DNA from: Octopus sinensis
Lineage: Eukaryota
Reading direction: 5' to 3'
DNA: 64,000 nucleotides
Assembly (NCBI RefSeq): GCF_006345805.1
Contig: NW_021832601.1
Span: forward strand, 62,001-126,000
Position numbers and translations under genes: made by a program. The notes under the pieces are model-generated. The model saw nothing but the letters and a program-made list of their open reading frames with translations, searched no databases and had not been told where the DNA came from. Positions 53,775 to 64,000 of the stretch are shown in pieces. Each line of letters begins with the position of its first letter. Position 1 is the stretch's first letter.

Positions 53775-55265
53775 AAAAAATTTTCTGCATTTTGGTTAAA
53801 ATGAACAACTACAATGTCCTCGACTTACATGATGAAGTCCTTAAAACCTTTCCCCCAAAAAATCAAAAAATTATTTTCTGCATTTTGATTAAAATGAACA
53901 ACGCGAATGTCCTCGACATTCATGATGAGGTCCATTAAAACCTTCAAGGCAAAAATCTCACGTATTAAAAATATCCTTGATGAAAACGACAGCGAGAATA
54001 TTAACAATGATGAACTCCCAATTATTCGCGATAAAGAAATTCAATTCATCCTATGTTTTCTCTTTAAAATTAATTGCATATATCATTATCGACCATGAAT
54101 CAAAATTAAAGCTATTATCATATTGACTTTGACAGAATGTGCAATCACAGATTGCACGACTTGAATAGAGTGTGCAATTAACAGATTTTGAAAAACCACT
54201 TTGGATAGTTGAAACCACATTAGCACAATCATTAACACAATTTACCACCAATTGACGCACGACCTTGAATAGAGTGTGCAATTAACAGATTTTGAAAAAC
54301 ACTTTGATAGTTGAAACCACATTAGCACAATCATTAACACAATTTACCACCAATTGACGCACGACCTGAATAGAGTGTGCAATTAACAGATTTTTAAAAA
54401 CACTTTGATAGTTGAAACCACATTAGCACAATCATTAACACAATTTACCACCAATTGACAGCGCAATCAGAAGAATTTGCGTAAAAATGTTAGCTATTTA
54501 GTTAAGTTTTTTCGTAAAGATAGAATTTATTTGCTGTATGCCTCTTTTCCTAAATTTTTTTATTATTCAAAAATAATTTTTTCAATAGATAACCGAAGGA
54601 GGGAAGACGACCTTAAGAAAAGAAGTTTTTCGTAAAGATAGAATTTATTTTCGGTATGCCTCTTTTCCTAAACTTTTTATTATTCAAAAATAATTTTTTA
54701 AATAGATAACCGAAGGAGGAAAAACGAAGCTGAAGAAAAAACGGTCTGCTTAATAAGGTAATTAATTAAATCTTTTTGTGTGTCGCTTTTTTGTGTGTCG
54801 CTTTCTTGCCTGCCGCATCTCTGCCTGCCGCATTTCCGCCTGCCGCATCTCCCCTGCCCCATTTCCGCCAGTAAAAACACAAAAAAAAAAAAAAGAAAAA
54901 AAAGGAAATTACAAAGGAAAAATGAAAAAATTAAATATAAAAAAAAAATAAACCACAAAAAATGAAAAAAAAAGTTTGCAATGACAATAAACAAGGCCCA
55001 GGGACAGTCATTAAAGGTAGTTGGGTTATTTTTAGAGAGTGAGTGCTTTTCACATGGACAGCTGTATGTGGGATGCTCGAGGTAGGCAGAAGAGAAAATT
55101 TATTCATATATGCCAAGGAAGGACGGACGACAAACATCGTTTATCAACAGGCGATAGAATAGGGTACATAACCAGGTAGTTTTATACATCTACATAAACT
55201 TATAGTTGTTTGATGAAACAGGCCCTCCGCAGGAGCTAGTCGCGGTGAGCGAAGCGAGCTGCCGA
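53775..55265 (+). mobile_element. Second Helitron copy (inverted relative to 34056-39007): 5'-truncated, lacking the hAT and CRE inserts, 3' CTAG lost
   Basis: Reverse complement of parts of 34056-38900, including the helicase tail and GCGAAGCGAGCTGCCGA. Confidence 0.9.
54160..54460. repeat. About 103-bp tandem repeat x3 inside Helitron copy 2
   Basis: Unit gaatagagtgtgcaattaacagattttgaaaaacactttgatagttgaaaccacattagcacaatcattaacacaatttaccaccaattgac... Confidence 0.9.
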
Positions 55266-55720
55266 TATAGAAAAAATAAGATTCATCATCGATCGAATGT
55301 AGAAGAGAGGACGGTATCTCACTGGTCCTAAACGACTCGGCCAAAGGCCGGAGGGGTAAGCTTTATTCGTGAATATGTTTTTCAATTGTCTTATTTCCGC
55401 AAGTTCTCTAATTAAGACTCTCAGCTCTCGTATTTTTCTAATTGATCTATCTTTTTTAGACAAATTGAACAGGAGTAAACACAAATATCTAATCTAACTT
55501 ATAAAAATAAACTTGTTTAGCATACAATTCAAATTTTAAAAAGTTCAAAGAAGTTTCCTAAAATTGATTATGATATTTTCTGACAGCTATTTTCTAGTTT
55601 TTGTAGATATCGATTGTCTTAAGAATATGCACGAGAATCAAGAATTTCCTTGAATAATAAACATATGCAAAAATGATGCGGAAAAATCTTAAAATTCATC
55701 TAAAATCCATTCATCTAATT

Positions 55721-56219
55721 CAGCGTTTCCCAACCTTTTTGTGCTCGCGGTATCTAAAACTAGGTTTTTTTTCTCCTGGCACTTAAAAAATCAATATCCA
55801 TTAGAAATGTTTTTTTAATTAATATATTCAAGCAACTTAACAAAAAATTACCAAAAGTAATTATAATAACTGAGACACTTGTGCTTATTTATATGCACAC
55901 AAAATTCCAGACGGGAACGAATTTGCGACAAACATACGCGGAGGTCATCTTCAACTGATAACAATATTCTCAGATGTCTTGTAGACGGCGACTGATAGTA
56001 TTGTTCGATAATGGAATCTTATTAATCTGTTTGGTTGCTTCCTCCCCAAGAATTTTACTAACAATAATTTTGCAGGCGGGTAATATCAATTTTCTCCAAT
56101 AGTGTGATTCTTACGGTTTAAAATATTATTATACAACTATAAATAATTTTCAATTTTAATATTAAAGATCTTGCGGCACCTAAAACCAGACCTCGCGGCA
56201 CCCCGGTTGAGAATCGCTG
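55721..56219 (-). mobile_element. Non-autonomous hAT element (duplicate of 24339-24842)
   Basis: Same TIRs and atctaatt TSD. Confidence 0.9.
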
Positions 56220-56890
56220 ATCTAATTAGTCAGCTACAAAATTGCTATAGTCTATTCGAGAACGATTTTATTTCTGAAATTACATATACTTGATTATTGA
56301 CGGCCAATATTAAAATCTGTGTATCAGATTTGTGAAAAGCCTTTTTATTATCATTTCACCCCATGATAACTAATAGACTGAGTGATCACTACAAAAAAAA
56401 CATTCAACTAAGTAATCACAGACTTGTATGAGATGATTCGTGTCTTGCGGGAGCGACGGTTCAGTACTGCCCTTATCATAGGGAATCGTAAGGTTCGTCT
56501 GTTTGACTGTTTTGAAGTATTCAGAGAAAATTTTCAATAAAGGCTTACAATAGAGTTAGATCTCTGACGAATTTTTTCTGCTTGTCAATATTCAGATCAT
56601 CTATGGTGGTTGATTAAAAGCAATAGTAGTGAGAAACCTTTTCCGTGCATTCAAATGAATCTTATCAAAATTTTATTCATAGACAAGTCTATAGACGTTT
56701 CTATGGAGTTTTTGATTTCAAATGTTATTTCCTTGGGCCTAAATTTTTAAATCATTTAACTTTTTGTGGTTGTGCATGTCTAGGCATTTAGCACCGCATA
56801 AAAATATATTTTATATTATGAATTGTTTAGTTTATACAATTGAAATATAATAATTAAAAACATAATTGAGTAATTAATATCTATCTAGGT

Positions 56891-57429
56891 ATGCCTGTAA
56901 TATTTTCTGTCATGATTGTTAATAAATACGGATCTCTACTCTATTTTTACGAAAAACCACAAAAAAACGTACTTGACAACATATCTAACGATAAGAGAAT
57001 TCAAAAAGAAAAAAATCAGGTTTAAACAACATTTATACAAAACAGAATCATGCAATAACAGCGGAGTCTAATGGTCAGATTTCGCAGGCTAAAAATATGA
57101 AACTCTCTGACAACGAAAGAATAATAATGGCAAGTACAATGCATTCACTTTTCCACATAAGTTGTCAATTGGCTGGTGAAAACGTGGGAAACGGAATACA
57201 AGTCATTGAGTCTCCAAATGTTCGAGTTCACTGCTACCAAACTACTACGAGTCTTAAATTTGTAGTCGTATCTCAGCCAATAACGTTTCGTATACAACAG
57301 CTCATGACCAAGTTGTACATGATCTACGTTGATTTTGCCTTAAAGGACCCTTTTTATATTCTTGACATGCCTATTACGTCTCAACTCTTTGAGTCTGCTG
57401 TCCACGCTGCACTGGATTTTTATTCATAA
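56891..57429 (+). CDS. TRAPPC4: TRAPPC4, copy 2
   Basis: Identical structure; KEKIQ->KEKNQ at the end of exon 1 and a synonymous GCG->GCA. Confidence 0.9.
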
Positions 57430-57909
57430 TGAATTTGTAAAGAAATTAACTTTTTAATTGTTTCAAGATGTAAACTGATCTTTATGTTCTCCATATATTT
57501 ATAATTTCAAATAAATAACTTTCATTTTGATAAGTTCTACACATTAGTATTTACGCATTTTAGGGTACTTTTTAGATTATAAAACAATGATTATTGCAAC
57601 TAAAACTATATTCAATAGGAGATGTATTGCTTTTATTGTCATCGTCTTATAGTTGATCTTTTTACTGCCCTACATTGTTTTTCTGAAAATGTTTTAAATG
57701 AATACAGTTCAGATTAATACATATTCCGTGATATATATCTTTCTCAAGGTTGAACTTAAAAAAGTTTGTTTTGTTGCTAAAAAAACTTAACAAATAAAAC
57801 TCGAAATTATCAGTTTATGAACAACTCTTGTAATTTACGTTTAAATTTGACGTGATATTAATTTTTTAGATTTTTAATTAAAGAGCTAAAATTTGTAATA
57901 GTTAAAATA

Positions 57910-58335
57910 TCAATTCTGGAACCGACTGGCCTTTCCTTGAAGATGCCAAACGTCCAGACGGCTGTACACTTTTCGCTTTTGAATCCGGGAAGCAGCTCGT
58001 TTGGGACGTCACCTGTGCCGACTCTTTCGCCAAGGAAGCCTTGAATTCCACGGCTTGTCGTCTCGGTTCGTCGGCCAAGAAGGCCGAATTCGCGAAACTA
58101 ACGAAATACGAGGATTTTTGCGATCGATTTTGCTTTTGGGCAATTGCCGTCGAAATTTCCTGTGTTTTTGGGGCCAAGACGCTTGCTCATTTTAAGAAAC
58201 TTGGCAGTCTGTGTACCCATCGCTTCAGAGATCCCAGGGAATTTATATTCCTTATTCAGAGGATCTCGATGGCTGTTTTACGCGGGAATTGTCTTTCAAT
58301 CCTGCGAGCCAGTACTTAATAGCTAGATTTTTTAA
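57910..58335 (+). mobile_element. CRE 3' fragment, copy 2 (locally diverged)
   Basis: Orthologous position to 26535-26960. Confidence 0.85.
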
Positions 58336-58468
58336 TAATTCCATTAATAAAAAAAATTATTGTTAAAATATTTTTATAATAATATTTCATTGAATTGAAA
58401 CTGTCTAAATAGTTTGGATAATCGTAAAAGTCGTTTAATAATACACTATTATTAATATTTGAAATAAT

Positions 58469-60324
58469 ATGTTTGGCGTTGTAAATCATGGAGTATACAA
58501 TGATGGCCAAAATGTGGTCGTCTACAGCGGACACTTTATGGTAAGCACATTTGTCAACTTCAATTTAAATACAACCAGTAATAGCTGATATTTTTATTTT
58601 GAGGTTTATCTTCCTTTCCCTATCATGTGCCCGACGTACCTCTTAACACTCTAATTGACTTTTTGTGGTGTAGTTATCGGTTTGTGTGTATTTTGCTTTC
58701 TATTCGAAGAGGCGTCTTGATTTCTTCAAAATGGAGAAATTTTACTGGTTATTCAATTCCAGGATGCCTTAAAATTCGACTTAATAATGCAATTTGGAGA
58801 GAATGGTGCCGACAGAGTTATATTTAAATGTTTCTTTATTTCTTTAGATTACTACAATAAAAAGCCGCTGGTATGTAAATTTAATGACAAGTTAAATGAC
58901 ATCCATCATGGAAAAAATGTTAATCTAAAACAATCATCTTAGAGCATTATTTTTGAGCAAAACTTTCTTAATATGAAACCAACTCTGTTTCGCAAAGAAT
59001 ATAACAAACTGAGAAAGTATTTCTGTGAACGAATTAACGTTCAAATTTCATGTAACGAGAGCAATCAATTCGTTAGAATATAAATTCCTTAATTATTTGA
59101 TAGGACGAGCAATCACAATTGACAGAAACTAAAACACCAACTATCTACGAAGATATTAACCTACCTCTATGTGACGAAATTGACGGGATACAGAAACCAA
59201 ATTATTTTTTTCCGAGAACATCATTCGACGACACTGATTTTTTTTCAAAACAACCTCATTATTTTGGAAATTACAAGGCTGTCGAGTCTGACACAAAATA
59301 CAAAAACACGCCGCAAAGAGATTTTACTAATCTTTGGAATCATCCAAATTGTTCATCTTCAAAAATATCACAAAATCAACAAGATTTTTCGAGAAATCAT
59401 TTTGTGCCAAACTATAGTTACGGGTAAATAAATTAATGCCAATTGGGCGTGCCTAACCACATAAATTATAAATTATAATTAACATTTAGAAATCATGTCA
59501 TTGGACAACAAGAGTATAATTACCCTGGCTATCCAATGTTGTTTACTAAGGTTTCTTATTTTAGTAATTTTTAGCCATCGGTTTCTTGTTTTTCAGAGGA
59601 AGATCAACGAAAAAGGAAAAGACATATTATTCATTTAAAATCTGAAAAACACAGACGTAATGAAATTAAAGTCTATTAATCTGAAAAGATTTTATAGAAT
59701 TGGATTCATACACTTTACCTGTGTATCAAAGACTCAAAAATAAATTCAAGTACCTGCAAACAGAGCTATGCAAATATACTACGAGAAGGTACAGTCGACT
59801 ATTTATCTGTTTAGCGTCAGACTTGTTAACCTGTAACCAGAATGAAATTTTAAAAAACGAAGCAAAACTAGAAGTAATTAAATCAGAAATCGAATCAAAA
59901 ACTGAAAAAACGAGGTAATGATATAAATTTAAATACAAGATATCTGCAAGAATTGATTCCCGATGAATCTATTTCAAATACTGACATTGTGAAAAGAGAA
60001 TATTCTGAATATTTAAAATATATTTATGACCGTTCATTAATTAATCAAAAATATGCATTATTTGGACTAATTATGGAGAAAATGTTCAAGTCATTCATAG
60101 GTCAGAAAATGACTAATAATTCGAAAATAAATGATATAGAATCCTGGTTAAACGATAACGTCTCCCTCCAAATGTCTAGAGAAGGTATTTAATTGTCATA
60201 TTTGATAGATTCAATGCGCGTATTGCGAACATTTTCCAAAGATACCTCTATAATCAAAGATCCCTCTTTGCTTGGCAGCGAATCTATTCAAATTGTAAAA
60301 AATCTTATTGAGAAACACAAGTGA
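58469..60324 (+). CDS. MLXIP: Mondo/MLXIP, copy 2
   Basis: Near-identical to 27096-28951. Confidence 0.85.
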
Positions 60325-60766
60325 TTCAAAATAATCATATATTCTTACTTTATTATTTTAATCACAATGTAAATAAAAATTTATTCATTTTGAGGTTTTA
60401 GAAAAATCAAACATGTTTATTAGCCAGGATAATCAATTACATTTTTTTAAACCATAATAGTTATTTGATCTTAGAAAAACGCGCTTGTGTACTTTTGCTG
60501 ATCTGGAACTACTGGTTTCAAAATAATATTTAATCAGAAGGTTTCCAACCTCGACTGACAGGTCCAAATGGTTCGAGCATTAAAAGAAATCCGGACGCAA
60601 CTATTGCTCTCTTCACAATTTGTTACGAATTCCTTCAAAAATGTATATATCACTTTTTGATTAAAAAAATTTAGAAATTCATTAAGTGTAATAAAACATT
60701 AAATAACCATATAATTGAATAAACCAATACAACTATGCGAAAATTATTATAAGAAACAGAACAAGA

Positions 60767-63176
60767 TCATTTATTATTTATTCCAGCTATCTTGGACTGT
60801 GTCTCAAATACCAATAACCTCCACAATTTAATCACAAAAACTTCTGCCTCGTTATCAAAAATCTATTAAATATCTCACAAAAAAAGCACCGTCCAAATAT
60901 CTTTAACCAAACTTGTCGGAGATGTCTGAGATAAAAGCTTTTCACATATAAAGTCGTTCAAACTTGGTTCTTCCTCTCCGATATACTCAATAATCTTCTT
61001 ATTTACCCAACTACGAATGCGAGTATCGACAAGATTCTTGGAAAATTAAAACTTTAAAATACCTGATCGACCACTGTCCAGTCAATTTCGACAGAAAACA
61101 ATGATTCAGAATCAGTAGGTATCTTGTCAATAATTTGCCGAATCATCCTCTTCTTCTCCTCAGCAGAAATGTATTTGAAATGATCAGTCATATCCAATTT
61201 TGGTTTCACGACTTCTGGTTTTACTTCGGGGACTTCCTCCTCCTCTTCTTCGTCCTCTTCAAACACTTGAAATGTTGAAAGGACCGGAGTTGTCTTTGCA
61301 TCCGACGGAACTTCAAAGCACGTGGCAACTGGGGCCGTCGTTGTCGTTTGCGCATCTTAAATCACAAAAAATTAAATCCACTTAGTTTTAGAGCCGTAAA
61401 ACCAATTTGTTTATCTTCAATAACTTCGGAAACTTCAGTAAATTGGACAATGTCCTCTTCCTCGTTGTTAGTTAGATCAACAGTTTCGCCAGGCTCTTCG
61501 TCTTCAGTTGTAGAAATGATTTCCTCTTCCACTTCTTTGTCTGTCAAATGTTTAAAAGCTCTCTTCTCGATCTTAAAATGTAGATCATTGGGGAAAACCT
61601 GTACTAAACGTTCTTCGACATGTTTTCCTCCTCGTTCAACCACACTTCTCCTCATATCTTCCACTTCAGCTAATTCCCTTTCTCTATCTCTCTTATCCCA
61701 CTCAATCTCACGATCACGTGCATGTATTAGTCTTGCCAATTGACTTCCTCTGAAAATAGTCACAATACATATCCAACTTGTAATATTTTCCGTCGTCTCG
61801 ATCGTCATTGTAAGACATTAGAAAGTCATATTTATGCTTGGTATCTTTCATCTATAAACGGAATGTTATGGCTAGAATACATTCGACTTATTCCTCTCTT
61901 CTATCCGCTCAGCCTCCTTTTCAAATTCTTTCTTCTTCTTCCGTTCTCTTGATTCCCAATTCCGCAAACACTATCAGGATTGACCGGGTAAATATATACA
62001 TTAATATACGAGTTTTCCTTTTCCTGGGCTTCCCTGTCCAACCGAGTTTGTTCTTCCTCATCCTCAAGCTCACTGTTCGTAGTAATAAAAACAAAAAACC
62101 TTGAATTCCTTGACCTTTTAGACGCAGAACTCAATCCACAGTCATTGTCCTCCTAAATGGAAATATACAACAATTGTTAACGAGATGCTTGTCCAGGGAA
62201 CACACGTCCTTTGCTTCCCTTGCGTCCTAGTAGTTTACAGTAGTTTGTCTACCTTTCTCATATTTTTAATAGCGATTGGATCTCCTGCAAGTACACCAGC
62301 ATATTCTACGAGGAGTGCGTCAAACTCTGCCTTCACGGCAGCCATTTCTGCATTCATTGGAGGCTTCGACTCAACTTTGGGAATGGGGACTCCGGGCATT
62401 TTGTGCCTCATGTAATCTTCCAAATGATTCCGACTTTTAGAATTCACTTTGACCTTAAATGAGTATATCTAGACTACCAAAAGGGGTTTCCCCGCAATGA
62501 CATATCCATTAAGAAGTCTGAGAGAACAAAGAGTAGACTCCGGGTGCTTGTAGTCACAAAATGCAAAAGCTATTCAAAAATTTAGCACTAAACTCAATTA
62601 CCTTGTAATTTACCAGCACTGGTATAAGTTCTCTTCCAATTAAGCACATTCCCACATTTCTAAAAATAAGATGAGTCAGCCAACCTCGGCCAATTGCCTA
62701 ATAAGAGTATCTGGACAACATTCTGGAATGTTCCCAATAAAGACAGTAGTTGTAGTATACGGAATTTCCTTGAATATGAAATAATGAAAACTACCTTTGG
62801 AACGGCGTACTGCATTGGTTGAGACATGACAACGCCGAAATTAGGAGAAGGAGTCATAATTGGAGTTTGAACAACTGAAGGCTGAACTGGAGTAGGTATA
62901 AACGGTACTTGCATTGGCTACAATATAAACAATAGATCCCAACGTTTACTGGGGCAGGGACTCCGTAGGGAAGGAAACCTAACAAATTGTTAGCCAACAT
63001 TAGAAATTATAATCTATAAGTTATCTAAATATGAAAATCTAATGAAACCTGAAGATTAAAAGCTAAAATTCTACAAATTTATAATTCCTGATAGTTTATA
63101 ATTATTATTAAGAATTACCGGTATTGTATGAAGATGTCATTTGAGGTACACACGGAATACGATTAGGAAACGACAT
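60767..63176 (-). CDS. RBM25: RBM25, copy 2
   Basis: Near-identical to 29394-31797, with an in-frame 6-nt insertion in the acidic run (EEDEEEEE). Confidence 0.9.
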
Positions 63177-63564
63177 AACAATCACAAGAACAATACACAA
63201 CACGATATTAATTTAAATTAATATTACTTTACAAAATTAATAATTTATTTATATTTTACTTATACGTATGATAGTAGTATAATAAAATTTTTAGTTACAT
63301 TTTTGGAATCAAATATTTTTTTTAATAAATTAACAAGCACGTCGCAAATCCAGAGGCCCATAGATGTCAGCCACACAAAAATTCAAAAGCAAGAAAGAGA
63401 ACAAGCAAGCTAATCATTTTAATCAATTCTGAATTGAGACGTGAATAAGTGTGCAGCTGGTGAAAAATTTAAATTAAAATAAAATTAAAATTAATTCAAT
63501 TTGATTTAATTTAAATGTTCTAAATTTATATGTTTTAAATTTAAATATACAAAATAAAATTCAG

Positions 63565-63899
63565 ATGGTTAAAATCGAATTATATGGGTTGGTCATTATG
63601 TAAATATTTCATTAATTAGATCAGAAGAATGCGGAATTTTATTAGAGTTACAGGGTCAAGTCAAATTTGAGGATAAATGTAATTGTTATTTTTTTCTAGA
63701 CAAAAATGTAAGTAATTTTTCTTCACTTTTAAAGGGTGTTCCTTACCTTGTAATGGGTCGTAAAATTTTAGTTGGACAAGCCAGTGAAGACGATATTAAC
63801 ATGGCTTTAATTTCTTGTGATTCCGGAAAAACACATTTTGTCGTAAAAAAGAAATTTATATTCAAGGATAAACCAATACAAATACTAAAAAATAAGTGA
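63565..63899 (+). CDS. CHTF8: CHTF8, copy 2
   Basis: No difference seen from 32186-32520. Confidence 0.75.
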
Positions 63900-64000
63900 T
63901 CTATTAAATTTTGCTCTATTTTGTATTTTTTTTGGTGTAAAATTTCGTAGAAATAGTTTATGTACCTAGGATGTTTTCATTGAGGATCGTGTGATATTAA

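Larger units (their letters stand above)
55264..64000. repeat. 8.7-kb segmental duplication, copy 2 (runs off the window)
   Basis: Near-identical to 23880-32621. Confidence 0.97.

Noticed and set aside
54140-54400. TGCACAC metal-response-element-like motifs in the Helitron repeat
   Set aside because: A short motif repeated only because of the tandem duplication; there is no linked target gene evidence.

Overview
AT-rich metazoan genomic DNA with extremely short spliceosomal introns (mostly 24-37 nt, many with GTT donors). It encodes Mondo, calbindin-32, TTLL5 and complex I NDUFV2. A miniaturised ciliated bilaterian such as a dicyemid or orthonectid is plausible, but that is inference. Host genes: NDUFV2, two divergent tandem calmodulins, RPL29, TTLL5, calbindin-32-like, HAUS4-like, TRAPPC4, Mondo/MLXIP, RBM25, CHTF8, ASNS, TMEM256 and an unidentified coiled-coil gene. 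The most striking element is a decayed bacterial operon, hisS-aspS-mip (33.3-44.1 kb, possibly to 45.4 kb). It keeps a Shine-Dalgarno-like site and an ATGA stop/start overlap and has the Chlamydiae gene order. It is interrupted by eukaryotic transposons with target-site duplications (TSDs), so it is integrated in the host chromosome. One interruption is a nest: a Tc1 contains a Helitron, which contains a hAT and a CRE retroelement. The other is a hAT whose transposase carries a host-style 27-nt intron. An 8.7-kb four-gene block (23.9-32.6 kb) recurs at 55.3-64 kb, fused to the broken 3' end of a second Helitron copy. An RTE-like LINE shows a twin-priming-type 5' inversion with an 11-bp TSD. 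All homology calls are from motif recognition by eye; no searches were run.
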